Assembly: GCF_039654945.1 (NCBI RefSeq)
Contig: NW_027361677.1
Coordinates: 18,042,001 to 18,106,000, forward strand
Direction: 5' to 3'
Source of the DNA: Dendrobates tinctorius
Taxonomy: Eukaryota
DNA: 64,000 bases
Part shown: positions 30,119-42,100 of the stretch, piece by piece
How the letters are laid out: each line of letters begins with the position of its first letter
How positions within the stretch are numbered: the stretch's first letter is position 1
The notes under the pieces: model-generated
Seen by the model: the letters and a program-made list of their open reading frames with translations, nothing else
What the model was told of the DNA's origin: nothing
The model's database searches: none
Position numbers and translations under genes: made by a program

Positions 30119-31452
30119 CAGGGCTGTGGAGTCGTGGAGTCAGAGTCGGTGCTCATTTTGGTGGAGTCGGAGTTGGAGTCAGTATAAAATGGACCGACTC
30201 AGACTCCTAAAATATATAATAAATTGGGTACAGTAGTTCAATGCAGAATGTGCTGAATATTTTTTCATAGGAATTTGTGAAAGTTATGAAATGTCCTATA
30301 AATGACTGTTCTATTCCTGATCTAAGGCTACATTCACACACAGCGTTTTTCCTGCGTTTTTTGAGGATACGTTTTTCAGTTGCAAAAGCAGATCAGCTTT
30401 TTAAAAAACCGCATCACCGGAAAGGTTTTTGAGCTCATAGATGATGTTTTCAATAGCAAAAGCAGATTAGAAATCTGCTCTATCTACTGTATATATCCAT
30501 TTATCCATATCTGTCTATCCATATCATATCTGTACCAAAAAGAATGAAAGCCGGGTAGCACACAGACTAACACTCCTTTTTTTTAGCACCAGTCAGGTAC
30601 ACCTCATAGCTGCCCAAAAGGACGCCCAGGACAGGCATTGCTCGTCTTCAGTAACACATCAACATCAACTGATAGTTGGAATAAATAGACTACATTCACA
30701 TGTTAAGGTGCAGGCTTTTTATTTCAAGTGTAGGGGTGTGCAGTATGAGGTTCTGCAGCAGCTGAGGTGTGCAGTATGAAATTCTGCAGAACAGTATGAG
30801 GTTCTGCCCCCCCCCCCCCCAGGTTTGATCCTGGCTACGCCCATAGTGTGACTGTAGCCTGAGGATCTAGGCTTTATCTTACCCGAGATAAGTCATAGTG
30901 AGTGAGTGTATGTGTATACACACACATACAGTATATATACTGTATAATATATATATATTTGTAAAAGAAGGAAAAAGATGCGGCACGCACCCAGATTTGC
31001 AGTGCAGTGTTTCTTTATTCAACCATTAAAGGTCACACAATAAAGGACGGGCAGATAACATGAGGCATGCAGGGAAAAAGACGGACGACAGCCGTTTTGC
31101 GTACACAGACGCTTCAACAGGTCCAGGCTGTCGTCCGTCATTTTTCCCCACATGCCTCATGTTATCTGCCCGTCCTTTATTGTGTGACCTTTAATGGTTG
31201 AATAAAGAAACACTGCACTGCAAATCTGTCAATAGATTCCAAATAGATAAATAGATATTATATTCTATCTAAATATCTTGATTATTGGATCATAGAAATG
31301 ATTAAATGTCTGATGTTCACATTGTACTACAATACATTTTTCACTTATATATAAGCAATATATGTGGGAGTCGGAGTCGTGGAGTCGGAGTCGTTGTAAG
31401 GGAAATTGAGGAGTCGGAGTCACAGGTTTTGCTTACCGACTCCACAGCCCTG
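30119..31452. mobile_element. Non-autonomous hAT element carrying nested insertions
   Basis: TIR CAGGGCTGTGGAGTCG...CGACTCCACAGCCCTG; perfect 8-bp target duplication CTTTTCTG (30111-30118, 31453-31460); subterminal GGAGTC repeats. Confidence 0.9.
30992..31228. mobile_element. Penelope-like palindromic remnant (~100-bp arms) with a degenerate hammerhead motif in the loop
   Basis: Arms 30992-31093 and 31126-31228 are reverse complements; the loop region on - reads GGAC CTGTTGA A GCGT CTGTGT ACGC AAAA CGGCTG TC GTCC. Confidence 0.7.
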
Positions 31453-31547
31453 CTTTTCTGGCACTTAGCCTCTCTATTCCCATTGCCCTGTAGTGGTGGC
31501 TAATGGGTTAATATTAATGTCACCTTGCTATTGGAAGGTGACATTAA

Positions 31548-31876
31548 GGCTATGTGTCCACTTTAGCGCTTTAAAATTGCTAGAAAACCAGACTTCTTCC
31601 CAGAAAACGCGTTTTTTGCATAAAAGCCGTGCGTTTTTGATGCGTTTTTTCCGCACGTCTCCTGGACTCATTGGAAACAGCTAAAAACACAGACTGAAGC
31701 GGAAAATAATGAACGTGCTGCGTTTTTAGCCGATAAGCGTTTTTGCTATGCGGAAAAAAACGCATTAATTGGCGCAAAAATGCACTAAAATGAATGGGAA
31801 GCTTATTTTAAGCGTTTCTAAAGCGTCTGATCCGGCACAAACGCTTAAAAAAAAAAAGCAGCGTGGGCACACAGCC
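31548..31876. mobile_element. Harbinger-type MITE
   Basis: TAA|GGCTATGTGTCCAC ... GTGGGCACACAGCC|TGA. Confidence 0.7.
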
Positions 31877-33034
31877 TGAAGGGAACCTGTCACCCCCCCA
31901 GGGCGTTTTTCTGTGAAGGTGGCTCTTCTGTTTCTTATCCCCAGGAACACAGAAATATTGACTTCTATAAAACATGTCCCCATACCTGTAATGTGTCCCA
32001 TAGGTATAGTGTGTCCCCCTGTAGCAGCCGCCTCCCTGCCGTCAATCACGCCCGCCCTGCGCCGCCTCCTGCCTTGCTGTCGCCGTTACATGGCACAGCG
32101 CAGGCACCCGCCGGTAACTATTCTCGGGCATGCGCAGTGTATTCTATGTGTCTATATCTATTCTTTCGTTTGGGTGTTAACCTGTCATTGGGCTCCATTA
32201 TATGTCCATTTCGCAAGCCTGCAAGAAAATCTCCCGTATGCCATACGGATGCTTACATGTGCAAAATACGCGGCCACACCCTGAAAACGGATGACATCCG
32301 GAGCACTGCTCAGGGAACATTTCTGCGTATTACGACCGTACAATACGGTCCATACTTTTATACGTTAAGTGTGACTCCAGCCTTACACGGATCATCATCC
32401 GATTTTTCTGGACACATAAGCTGCATTTGATTTCGTCCAATTTATCGGTCAGTGTATAGATCCAGGTGACAATTGCACAGTTTTTCTTCTGCTCATCTGA
32501 ACCCGGACTTGAAATTATTCCCCCCCCCCATGGAAAAATAATCATCTCGTCAATTCTTCAAGCGTTTGTGTTTGGGGGAAAAAATGATCCCAGGATCGAT
32601 GGCAAAATAAAGCGTCACCAAACCCAAAATATTTATTTATTGCCATAGAAACTCCCAGTGACTGATCACAAGCAAAGGGGGCCAGATTCTCCTGTCCTGA
32701 ACTGATAGGAGTAGTATTGGAGCAGGGGGTGACCCAGCTTTCCCAGGCTCCTGGATGGCACAGTCAGGACCATTCAGAGATCATAGCAGCTGTAAGGACC
32801 CTGTGTGTTTCCAGATGGGTGGGCAGTGCCAGGCTTGGCTGGGGGGGATGTGCTTTGCAGCCTGTGGTCTGCGCACAGGATGTGGCTCCGGCAGTGCGGG
32901 GGTTAAGGCTGCTCACTTTCACACATGCTGCACTTTTTTTTTTTTTTTTTTTTTTGCACATTTCCGCATTGTCACAGCTTCCGCTCCCCCCTTTCCCCTT
33001 CCCAAAAAGACAAAACTCCTGCCCCGCACACAGC

Positions 33035-33151
33035 ATGGATGACTCAGAGTGTGCAGAGCAGCCCCCGGCCCCGAGATCTGCCCTGAGCGCCCTCATCCCG
33101 GGCAGGGAGTTCCTGACATCAAGGAAAGGACAGCTGCTGCTGGCTGAATGG
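33035..33151 (+). CDS. CMTM3: CMTM3 coding exon 1 (MDDSECAEQ...SRKGQLLLAEW)
   Basis: AGCATGG Kozak context; TGG|gtgagt donor. Confidence 0.9.
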
Positions 33152-36100
33152 GTGAGTGCAGGACCCTCATCATCATCCTCATTCCCCCCCCTCATCATCA
33201 TCCTCATTCCCCCCCCTCATCATCATCCTCATTCCCCCCTCATCATCATCATCCTCATTCCCCCCTCATCATCATCATCATCATTCCCCCCTCATCATCA
33301 TCATCCTCATTCCCCCCCTCATCATCATCATCCTCATTCCCCCCTCATCATCATCATCCTCATTCCCCCCTCATCATCATCATCCTCATTCCCCCCTCAT
33401 CATCATCATCCTCATTCCCCCCTCATCATCATCATCCTCATTCCCCCCTCATCATCATCATCCTCATTCCCCCCTCATCATCATCCTCATTCCCCCCCCT
33501 CATCATCATCCTCATTCCCCCCTCATCATCATCATCCTCATTCCCCCCTCATCATCATCATCCTCATTCCCCCCTCATCATCATCATCCTCATTCCCCCC
33601 TCATCATCATCCTCATTCCCCCTCATCATCATCATCCTCATTCCCCCCTCATCATCATCATCCTCATTCCCCCCTCATCATCATCATCCTCATTCCCCCC
33701 TCATCATCATCATCCTCATTCCCCCCTCATCATCATCATCCTCATTCCCCCCTCATCATCATCCTCATTCCCCCCCCTCATCATCATCCTCATTCCCCCC
33801 TCATCATCATCATCCTCATTCCCCCCTCATCATCATCATCCTCATTCCCCCCTCATCATCATCATCCTCATTCCCCCCTCATCATCATCATCCTCATTCC
33901 CCCCTCATCATCATCATCCTCATTCCCCCCTCATCATCATCATCCTCATTCCCCCCTCATCATCATCATCCTCATTCCCCCCTCATCATCATCATCCTCA
34001 TTCCCCCCTCATCATCATCATCCTCATTCCCCCCTCATCATCATCCTCATTCCCCCCCCTCATCATCATCCTCATTCCCCCCTCATCATCATCATCCTCA
34101 TTCCCCCCTCATCATCATCATCCTCATTTCCCCCCTCATCATCATCCTCATTTCCCCCCATCATCATAATCCTCATTCCCCCCCATCATCATCATCCTCA
34201 TTCCCCCCATCATCATCATCCTCATTCCCCCCATCATCATCATCCTCATTCCCCCATCATCATCATCCTCATTCCCCCCATCATCATCATCCTCATTCCC
34301 CCCCATCATCATCATCCTCATCCCCCCCATCATCATCATCCTCATTCCCCCCCATCATCATCATCCTCATTCCCCCCCATCATCATCATCCTCATTCCCC
34401 CCCATCATCATCATCCTCATCCCCCCCCATCATCATCATCCTCATTCCCCCCATCATCATCATCCTCATTCCCCCCCTCATCATCATCCTCATTCACCCC
34501 CCTCATCATCATCCTCATTCACCCCCCTCATCATCATCCTCATTCACCCCCCTCATCATCATCCTCATTCACCCCCCTCATCATCATCCTCATTCACCCC
34601 CCTCATCATCATCCTCATTCACCCCCCTCATCATCATCCTCATTCACCCCCCTCATCATCATCCTCATTCCCCCCCCTCATCATCATCCTCATTCCCCCC
34701 CCTCATCATCATCCTCATTCCCCCCCTCATCATCATCCTCATTCCCCCCATCATCCATCACCCTCATTCCCCCTCATCTGATATCATCATCCTCATCCCC
34801 CCTCATCATCATCATCCTCATTCCCCCCTCATCATCCTTCATCTGATATCATCCTCATTCCCCCCCTCATCATCATCCTCATTCCCCCTCATAATCATCC
34901 CCCCCCATAATCACCCTCATCATCATCCCCCTCTCCCCTCATAATCATCATTCCCCTTGATCATCATCATCCCCCCCATCATCCTGCCAATTCTGTGCAC
35001 TTCCACCTACACCTGATGCCCAGTGCAGGCTGCTGCAGTTATGGATGATGATGGGTGATGTAGCTTCCATAGTCCCAAGCTGCATTACTCTTTTTTAACC
35101 CCAAAATGAGCATTTTCCAACGGTATCCTAAATAATGTGTTAATTATTGCTGCCCATGATTTGTTTTGCACCATGCACATTGCGGCCTTGTCGATCTATG
35201 TTGTGCGCATCCGTAATGAGGCATCTACGGGCACCTCAAATCCGCAGAGGTCTTGTGTATGAGGGACTGAATGGAGCACAATCGTTATCACTGTACAGGG
35301 GGAACTGGTAAGGGTGTGTGCACACGTTGCGGATTCCTGTGCGGATTTTTCTGCGCGGAATCTGCAGGTAAAATGACCTGCGTTTTAGCTGCTGATTTAC
35401 TGCAGATTTCGCCTGCATTTTTACACCTGAGGATTCCTAGAATGGAATAGGTGTAAAAAACGCTGCGGAATCCACACAAAGAATTGACATGCTGCGGAAA
35501 ATAAACCGCTGCGTTTCCACGTGGAATTTTCAGCATCATGTGCAGTGATTTCTGTTTTCCATAGGATAACATGGCACTGTACACCACATGGAAAACTGCT
35601 GCAGATCCGCAGGGCCAAATCCACAGCGTCTGCACATACCCTAAATGTTCCACGTTGGTTCAGGGTGAAATTTTTTGATGTTTTGATCCACTTGCCTCCA
35701 TCAAAACTTTTCTTGTTTTTATATATAGCGTCATCCATAGTTGTTTTTTTTTTCTCAAAACTTTTTGAAGTGTTTTTTTTCTGCTCCAAACGCAAAAAAA
35801 AAAATCTGAGTGGCAACGTGTTTTAATTGGGAATTGAGAGCAATTTTTTGAATAACTGTGCAGGAAAATAAGCAGCTCCTACTTCGTGAAAAAAAAACCT
35901 CTCTTCAGAACAGCCGTGTCGAAAAATATTTGTCCATGTGAAATCCAATTTTAACACAGATGACATATGTACACAAAATACACTCATCGGCCCCATTTAG
36001 ATGGACATTTTTCAGATTTGTGTTCTATGTTTTTCCTGCTTGTCTTTTTTTTTGCAGGCCGATTCTCTTCCCAAAAATGGGGACTGATCCTGTATATTGG

Positions 36101-39100
36101 AGGCTATGTGGGCTCATACTGCGTATAGGAGGCTACGTGGGGGCTCATGCTGTATATAGAGAGGCTATGTGGGGGTCTCATGCTGTATATTGGAGGCTAT
36201 GTGGGGGTCTCATGCTGTATATTGGAGGCTATGTGGGGGTCTCATGCTGTATATTGGAAGCTATGTGGGAGCTCATACTTTATATAAGGAGGCTATGTGG
36301 GAGCTCATACTGTATATAAGGAGGCTATGTGGGAGCTCATACTGTATATAAGGAGGCTATGTGGGGGCTCATGCTGTATATAGAGAGGCTATGTGGGGGC
36401 TCATGCTGTATATTGGAAGCTATGTTGGAGCTCATACTGTATATAAGGAGGCTATGTGGGGGTCTCATGCTGTATATTGGAGGCTATGTGGGGACTCGTG
36501 CTGTATATAGGGAGGCTATGTGGGGGCTCATTCTGTAGGTTGGAGGCTATGTGGGCTCATACTGCGTATAGGAGGCTACGTGGGGGCTCATGCTGTATAT
36601 AGAGAGGCTATGTGGGGGTCTCATGCTGTATATTGGAGGCTATGTGGGGGTCTCATGCTGTATATTGGAGGCTATGTGGGGGCTCATGCTGTATATAGAG
36701 AGGCTATGTGGGGGCTCATGCTGTATATTGGAAGCTATGTGGGAGCTCATACTGTATATAAGGAGGCTATGTGGGGGTCTCCTGCTGTATATTGGAGGCT
36801 ATGTGGGGACTCGTGCTGTATATAGGGAGGCTATGTGGGGGCTCATTCTGTAGGTTGGAGGCTATGTGGGCTCATACTGCGTATAGGAGGCTACGTGGGG
36901 GCTCATGCTGTATATAGAGAGGCTATGTGGGGGTCTCATGCTGTATATTGGAGGCTATGTGGGGGTCTCATGCTGTATATTGGAGGCTATGTGGGGGTCT
37001 CATGCTGTATATTGGAAGCTATGTGGGAGTTCATACTGTATATAAGGAGGCTATGTGGGAGCTCATACTGTATATAAGGAGGCTATGTGGGGGCTCATGC
37101 TGTATATAGAGAGGCTATGTGGGGGCTCATGCTGTATATTGGAAGCTATGTGGGAGCTCATACTGTATATAAGGAAGCTATGTGGGAGCTCATACTGTAT
37201 ATAAGGAGGCTATGTGGGAGCTCATACTGTATATAAGGAGGCTATGTGGGGGCTCATGCTGTATATAGAGAGGCTATGTGGGAGCTCATACTGTATATAA
37301 GGAGGCTATGTGGGGGTCTCATGTTGTATATTGGAGGCTATGTGGGGACTCGTGCTGTATATAGGGAGGCTATGTGGGGGCTCATACTGTATATAAGGAG
37401 GCTATGTGGGAGCTCATACTGTATATAAGGAGGCTATGTGGGAGCTCATACTGTATATAAGGAGGCTATGTGGGGGCTCATGCTGTATATAGAGAGGCTA
37501 TGTGGGGGCTCATGCTGTATATTGGAAGCTATGTGGGAGCTCATACTGTATATAAGGAGGCTATGTGGGGGCTCATGCTGTATATAGAGAGGCTATGTGG
37601 GGGCTCATGCTGTATATTGGAAGCTATGTGGGAGCTCATACTGTATATAAGGAGGCTATGTGGGGGTCTCATGTTGTATATTGGAGGCTATGTGGGGACT
37701 CGTGCTGTATATAGGGAGGCTATGTGGGGGCTCATTCTGTATGTAGGGAGGCTATGTGGGGGCTCATGCTGTATATAGAGAGGCTATGTGGGGGCTCATG
37801 CTGTATATTGGAAGCTATGTGGGGACTCGTGCTGTATATAGGGAGGCTATGTGGGGGCTCATTCTGTATGTAGGGAGGCTATGTGGTGCTCATACTGTAT
37901 ATAAGGAGGCTATGTGGGGACTCGTGCTGTATATAGGGAGGCTATGTGGGAGCTCATACTGTATATAAGGAGGCTATGTGGGGGCTCATGCTGTATATAG
38001 AGAGGCTATGTGGGGGCTCATGCTGTATATTGGAAGCTATGTGGGGACTCGTGCTGTATATAGGGAGGCTATGTGGGGGCTCATTCTGTATGTAGGGAGG
38101 CTATGTGGTGCTCATACTGTATGTAGGGAGGCTATGTGAGGGCTAATGCTGTGTATAGGGGCATATTATAATTAATGGGCATATTATAATTAATAGGTTA
38201 TTAATATTGAGAAGAATTAATTTGGGCCTATTGGTTCAACCTCCACAACAGTAGTGGTCTCTCATGTGGCCTGTGGGTAAATTAATTGCCCACCGCTGGT
38301 CTAATGGATAGGCGCAGCTTGGAAATGTTTTTGTTTTTTTTTTTCTCGTTGCATATTAGAAAAATGGACACCCTAACTAAAAATGGATGAAAATTGAGTC
38401 CAGCACTTTGATAAAACTTGGTACGTTTTTCTTTTCCATATACCAAAAAAAAAGGATGTGTGAATGAAGTGTCCTAATGTGTATTGCCAGCTGGGCTTTA
38501 TACGGGAGCATGACATGTCTGTCCTGATCATCCTGCAGCCAATGTCTGCACCTTTCACATCTCTATGCCCAAGTTCACTATTCGATCCACAATGTGACCC
38601 CACATCTTGTATGGACATGTTATAGGGGCGGTGCGGGAATACTCTCATCATGCCCGTGCATAATACTCGCCAGGCATCCGACAGTTGCTTTGGCAGGTGT
38701 ACCATCCAGTGTGCGTATAAATATTGGATTGGACAGAACAGTGTGCCAGCACTACCCCTTTAAGATCAGACAGACGAGTATGTCCGCACAGCCCCTTTAA
38801 GATGAGGCAGAAGAGTATGCCCGCACTACCTCTTTAAGATCAGCCAGAAAAGAATGCCCGCACTACCTCTTTAAGATCAGATCAGAGGATGCTCGCACTA
38901 CCCCTTTAAGATCAGCCAGAAAAGTATGCCCGCACAGCCCCTTTAAGATCAGATCAGAGGCTGCCCGCACAGCCCCTTTAAGATTAGACAGAAGAGTATG
39001 TCCGCACAGCCCCTTTAAGATGAGGCAGAAGAGTATGTCCGCACAGCCCCTTTAAGATGAGGCAGAAGAGTATGCCCGCACTACCTCTTTAAGATCAGAT

Positions 39101-42100
39101 CAGAGGATCCCCGCACAGCCCCTTTAAGATCAGACAACGGAGTATGCCCTCACAGGCTCTTTAAGATCAGACAGTGGAGTATGCCTGCACCGCGCCTTTA
39201 AGATCAGAGAGAAGAGCCCTTTAAGAAACATGCATAGTTGTGCTGTGCAGCTCTTGTGATTTTGGGGCAGATTTATCAAAACTTTTGATTTTGGAGGACT
39301 GTTCCAATTGTGTTGCAGTTGCTGTAAAGGGGGTTTTACACATAGCGATATCGCTAACAATATCGCTAAAGCATCACCGATTTGGTGACGCAGCAGCGAT
39401 ATCGCTATGTGTGATACTTGCCTCCGACCGGCTCCCCCGCTGTCTGTCGCTGATCGCGCAGCTCCATCTCTCGTCGGGCGCTTCCTGCTGGCGCCGACGA
39501 GCGATGCGTGGACGGGAGGATGTCAGGATCGCTGTGTCTGAAAGGTAAGTAACGACCGCTAGATCGCTGATATGTCGACCTCATTTAGCGATGCACCAGC
39601 AATCCTGACAGGGTTTGTAACGTTGTCGGGATCGCTGGTGCATCGCTAAAGGTACTATCACACTTAGCGATGCACCAGCGATATGATGCGGTCAGGATCG
39701 CTGGTGCATCGCTAGGTGGTCGCTAGTGAGCTGCCACACAGACAGATCTCACCAGCGACATCGCAGGGGTCGCTACTTACCTGTCAGACGAGGCGATCCT
39801 GACGTCCTCCCGCCCGGCTCCACGCTCGTCTCTCCACAGGAAGCTGACGATGAGAAATGGTCCAGGACGTTCTCGCGCGATCAGCGATAACCAGTGGGGG
39901 AGCGGTCGGAGGTAAGTATCAGACATAGCGATATCGCTGCTACGTCACAAAAACCAGTGACGTTACAGCGATATCGCTGAAGGCCCTGTCACACTAAGCG
40001 AGATCGCTGCTGAGTCACTAGAACTGTGACGTTATAGCAATCTTACCAGCGAGATCGCTGTGTGTGACAGTGACCAGCGACCAGCCCCCCTGCCGGTATC
40101 GCTGATCGTGCCCGAAATGTCTGGACATTTCTTTGGTCGCTCATGTCCCGCTGAGTCGCTTGTATCGTCACATTTGATACCTAGCCTAACGACCTCGTTA
40201 GCGACTCAGAAGCAAGACAAGGTGGGGATTAGCCTTCCCGACATCGTTACAAAGGTCGCTATGACACGCTAGATCGTTGCTCTGTTGTTGGGTAGATTGG
40301 ACAGTCTGACATCTCAATAGCGACCACATAGCGATGCGGCAACGATCCCTGTCGTGTCGTATCGCTGTCGGGATCATTATAGCGTCGCTAGGTGTGACGG
40401 TACCTTTAGTGTGACAGGCCCTTAAATGTAAAGGGGGCTTAAGAAGCAGTATCTCCTGTGTTATCTCTGATCTGTGATCTTCCTTTGTCTCTGCTTTGTG
40501 CTGCTGAACCTCATTATCTTCCCTGCAGCCACTTAATGCAATCATCATGTGTCCCCCGGAGCGGACTGCTTCCAGATGGAGAAGGCATCTTCTCTATAAG
40601 ACCTGAGGGGCATTAGCTAATGAATGGCCGCTCCCTGTTAGGAGGTCAAGGGGGCGGCATGGGCCACTTCTGCAATATCTGTTGCTTTTTATTCACCAGC
40701 CATATCTGTTTCTAGGAAAGCTGGGTGACCTCTGTGCTGACAGTGGGGTGCGGCAGCTCTGGATGAGGTTATGATGTGTGTGCTGGGAGGGTCACTCTGA
40801 TCGTCTCCTTCCACTGCCAGCTGTGATGTAGCGCAGCCCATAGAGGCTCTCGTGCTGCGCAGATGATGATGAGTCTAGGAGCGGTAGTCTTCAGAGGTCA
40901 CACATCATGCACTGCCGCCCACTCTTATTTCCACTCTTATTGTCCTAAAACCACATACAATATACCATGTTTTTTTGGGTGGCAATGATCCCTCATGGGC
41001 AATTTTCAGTCTTGGGTGGTGTGATATCTGCGTGGTCAGTCACATCATCTGTGCCCAGGCATCCCCATGAAAAATCAGAGGCTCTCTCTTCTGGTGACTT
41101 TTGCCTTTGAGGTGTAATTTTAGGCCCCAAAACATTAAATTTGCTTTTCGAGTGATGAGTTGATTTCAAGGGGTCACAATGGGTCCTCTCCATACTGCTC
41201 TTCCCATAAGTAGTCCTCCACAAGATCTTCTCTACTCTTGGCTTCTCCATCAAGATTTTTCCGATGCATTCCCCAACTTCTGGAACTCCCTACCCCAACA
41301 TGAGACTCTCCCATGATCCAGACTTTCAGAAGCAATCTGACCCCCTCTTCTAAAAAGCCTACACCCATCACAGCCCTCATCAGCAGCGCCCTCTCGCCGC
41401 CTACACCCATCGCAGCCCTCATCAGCAGCGCCCTCTCGCCACCTACACCCTTCACAGCCCTCATCAGCAGCATCCTCTCGCCACCTACACCCTTCACAGC
41501 CCTCATCAGCAGCGTCCTCTCGCCACCTACACCCTTCACAGCCCTCATCAGCAGCACCCTCTCGCCACCTACACCCTTCACAGCCCTCATCAGCAGCGCC
41601 CTCTTGCCGCCTACACCCTTCACAGCCCTCATCAGCAGCACCCTCTCGCCACCTACACCCTTCACAGCCCTCATCAGCAGCGCCCTCTCGCCACCTACAC
41701 CCTTCACAGCCCTCATCAGCAGCGCCCTCTCGCCACCTACACCCTTCACAGCCCTCATCAGCAGCACCCTCTCGCCACCTACACCCTTCACAGCCCTCAT
41801 CAGCAGCGTCCTCTCGCCACCTACACCCTTCACAGCCCTCATCAGCAGCGCCCTCTTGCCGCCTACACCCCTCACAGCCCTCATCAGCAGCGCCCTCTCG
41901 CCGCCTACACCCTTCACAGCCCTCAGCAGCGCCCTCTTGCAGCCTACACCCCTCACAGCCCTCATCAGCAGCGCCCTCTCGCTGCCTACACCCATCACAG
42001 CCCTCATCAGCAGCGCCCTCTTGCCGCTTACACCCTTCACAGCCCTCATCAGCAGCGCCCTCTTGCCGCCTACACCCTTCACAGCCCTCATCAGCAGCAC

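Noticed and set aside
32717-34944. 709-, 598- and 337-aa His/Pro/Ser/Ile-rich ORFs
   Set aside because: They read through a G-free minisatellite that can rarely form stops. Only 33035-33151 is real coding sequence, ending at a canonical donor.
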